64,000 nucleotides of DNA from Pseudomonadota bacterium (lineage in GTDB: Bacteria; Desulfobacterota; Desulfobacteria; Desulfobacterales; JBDRRP01), in contig JBDRRP010000121.1 in assembly GCA_043825735.1 (NCBI GenBank), positions 1 through 64,000 on the forward strand. Direction: 5' to 3'. The notes under the pieces are model-generated. The model saw only the letters and a program-made list of their open reading frames with translations, had not been told where the DNA came from and ran no database searches. A program made the translations under genes and the position numbers. The first letter of the stretch is position 1, and the number at the start of each line of letters is the position of its first letter. Shown here piece after piece: positions 62,701 to 64,000 of this stretch.

Positions 62701-62799
62701 CCCCCCTGCCCCGCCAACAGCCCCGCCCCCCCATGCAATGGCGTCCGCCGCCCCCTGGCGCCTCCGGCAACAGGTTGCCGCACCCTGACGTTTCGGCGC

Positions 62800-63612
62800 G
62801 TGGCCTATAGGGTCGAACTGCCGGCCGTTGACAGCGACACGCCGCCGCCGAGCGTCGAATTCACCGCGGTGCCATCGCAGACGGATCAGCCCGGGGTCGA
62901 GGTCTGCTTTCATGCCCAAAGCACCGGCGGCGGGATCGGCGAGGTCCGGCTGTTTCACAACGGCAAGCTGATCGCTTCGGACGGCTATTACAAGGAAATG
63001 GCAAAGACATCGGAGAAGATGCAGCTTGCCGACGAGGCCGCCACCAAGACCAACATCCTGATGAAGATCGCGGAGATCTCCCGGAAGATCAAGCCCTCCG
63101 ACAGCTTCATCTTCTTCGTGGCGGGGCACGGCGTGCTGCTGCAAAACCAGTACTACATGCTGACCCATGATTTCAGCGGCGCGGCGGACGAGCGCAGCAT
63201 GATCAGCTCCAACGAAATCGTGGAGATGTCCAAAGACATCAAATCGCTCAGTCAGCTGTTCATCTTCGACACCTGCCATGCGGGCGGCGTGGACTTCATC
63301 GTGAGCGGGCTCTACGACGCACGGATGTCCGTATTGGCCAAAAAGATGGGCCTTCATATCTACGCGTCGGCCAACGACAAGCAGGCGGCCCTGGACGGCT
63401 ACCAGGGCAACGGCCTCTTCACCCACGCCTTGCTGGACGGGCTCAACAACAACAAAGGGGCCGACAAGAACAAGGATGGCAAGGTCAGTATCGTCGGGCT
63501 GGGAGACTACTCCCAGAAAACAACAACGACCCTGTCCAGAGCGCTTGGCCATGCCCAGACACCGCTGATTATCAATTTCGGAAAGGACAGCCCGATCTAC
63601 CAATTGCGGTGA
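62800..63612 (+). pseudogene. Truncated caspase-family (C14, metacaspase-like) protein
   Basis: His/Cys dyad motifs FFVAGHG and IFDTCHAG, GNGLFTHALLDGL, ADKNKDG, QTP; no clear SD, and the first caspase strand appears missing. Confidence 0.6.
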
Positions 63613-63732
63613 GCCTGTCGCCATCGACAGCCTTGGACCGCCCCAGTCGCTCGCGGCGGGGCGGAACCGTCCGGGGGGCGGCATCGGGGGAGTGATCCGG
63701 GCAGGGGCTGGAAACCACCCGGCAATGACGCC

Positions 63733-63832
63733 GTAGGGGCACCCCCGCTGTGGGTGCCCTGCCCTTCGCGTTGCATGCGCCAGGGGAGAAAATCCACGGG
63801 GGCGATGGGCAGGCACGGGGGCCTGCCCCTAC
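63733..63832. repeat. GTAG-type REP pair
   Basis: GTAGGGGCACCCCCGCTGTGGGTGCCCT ... GGGCAGGCACGGGGGCCTGCCCCTAC. Confidence 0.7.
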
Positions 63833-63851
63833 AGAGACGCCGAGGAGAATG

Positions 63852-64000
63852 TCAATAGGCGTACTTCCGGGGAGGGGCCGGCGCGGCGCAGGGTTTGCGC
63901 CGCAGCAGGCGAAGGGATTTGACCTGCCGGTGCACTTCGAAGAGCCCCGAGGCCAGCGCGTACTCGTAGACTTCGAAGGGGGAAAGCCCTCCGTCTTCGG
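63852..64000 (-). CDS. 3' end of a probable class I SAM-dependent methyltransferase (partial; continues beyond the window)
   Basis: Manual translation ...EDGGLSPFEVYEYALASGLFEVHRQVKSLRLLRRKPCAAPAPPRKYAY*. Confidence 0.5.
   Translation of the reverse strand, partial: EDGGLSPFEVYEYALASGLFEVHRQVKSLRLLRRKPCAAPAPPRKYAY

Overview
GC-rich chromosomal window from an anaerobic deltaproteobacterium. Gene content and intergenic repeat style suggest Desulfobacterales; this is inference only. It carries housekeeping genes (rfbA/rfbC/rfbD, U32-family hydroxylase, class A PBP, pgk, radC, gpsA, gyrA, thiolase, rarA, der, Aap-type amino-acid ABC transporter, cold-shock protein, HMG-CoA lyase). Two features stand out. 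(1) A ~19 kb envelope-signalling locus (9321-28022). On the + strand are a CHASE2 adenylate cyclase, a CHASE2 Ser/Thr kinase, a PP2C phosphatase and a double-FHA protein. Converging on them from the - strand are two pairs of TPR/Slam-like outer-membrane beta-barrel plus secreted FecR-domain protein. One FecR protein has a TbpB-like C-terminal barrel; the other is 2251 aa with ~310-aa repeats. A second CHASE2 cyclase lies in an operon with an SH3 protein and a Tat-like M48 lipoprotein peptidase (51103-54704). (2) Many intergenic gaps are filled with a nested family of short periodic repeats (6-9 nt period), REP-like hairpins, MITE-like cassettes and ~30-bp insertion modules, with empty and filled alleles visible side by side. 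Also present: a DUF3524/GTDC1-like glycosyltransferase, a GT4-methyltransferase cluster interrupted by a caspase-family remnant, a TVP38/VTT remnant and an unlisted 52-aa membrane ORF. No rRNA, tRNA, CRISPR array, transposase or integrase was recognised. All family calls come from motif recognition by eye, not database searches.
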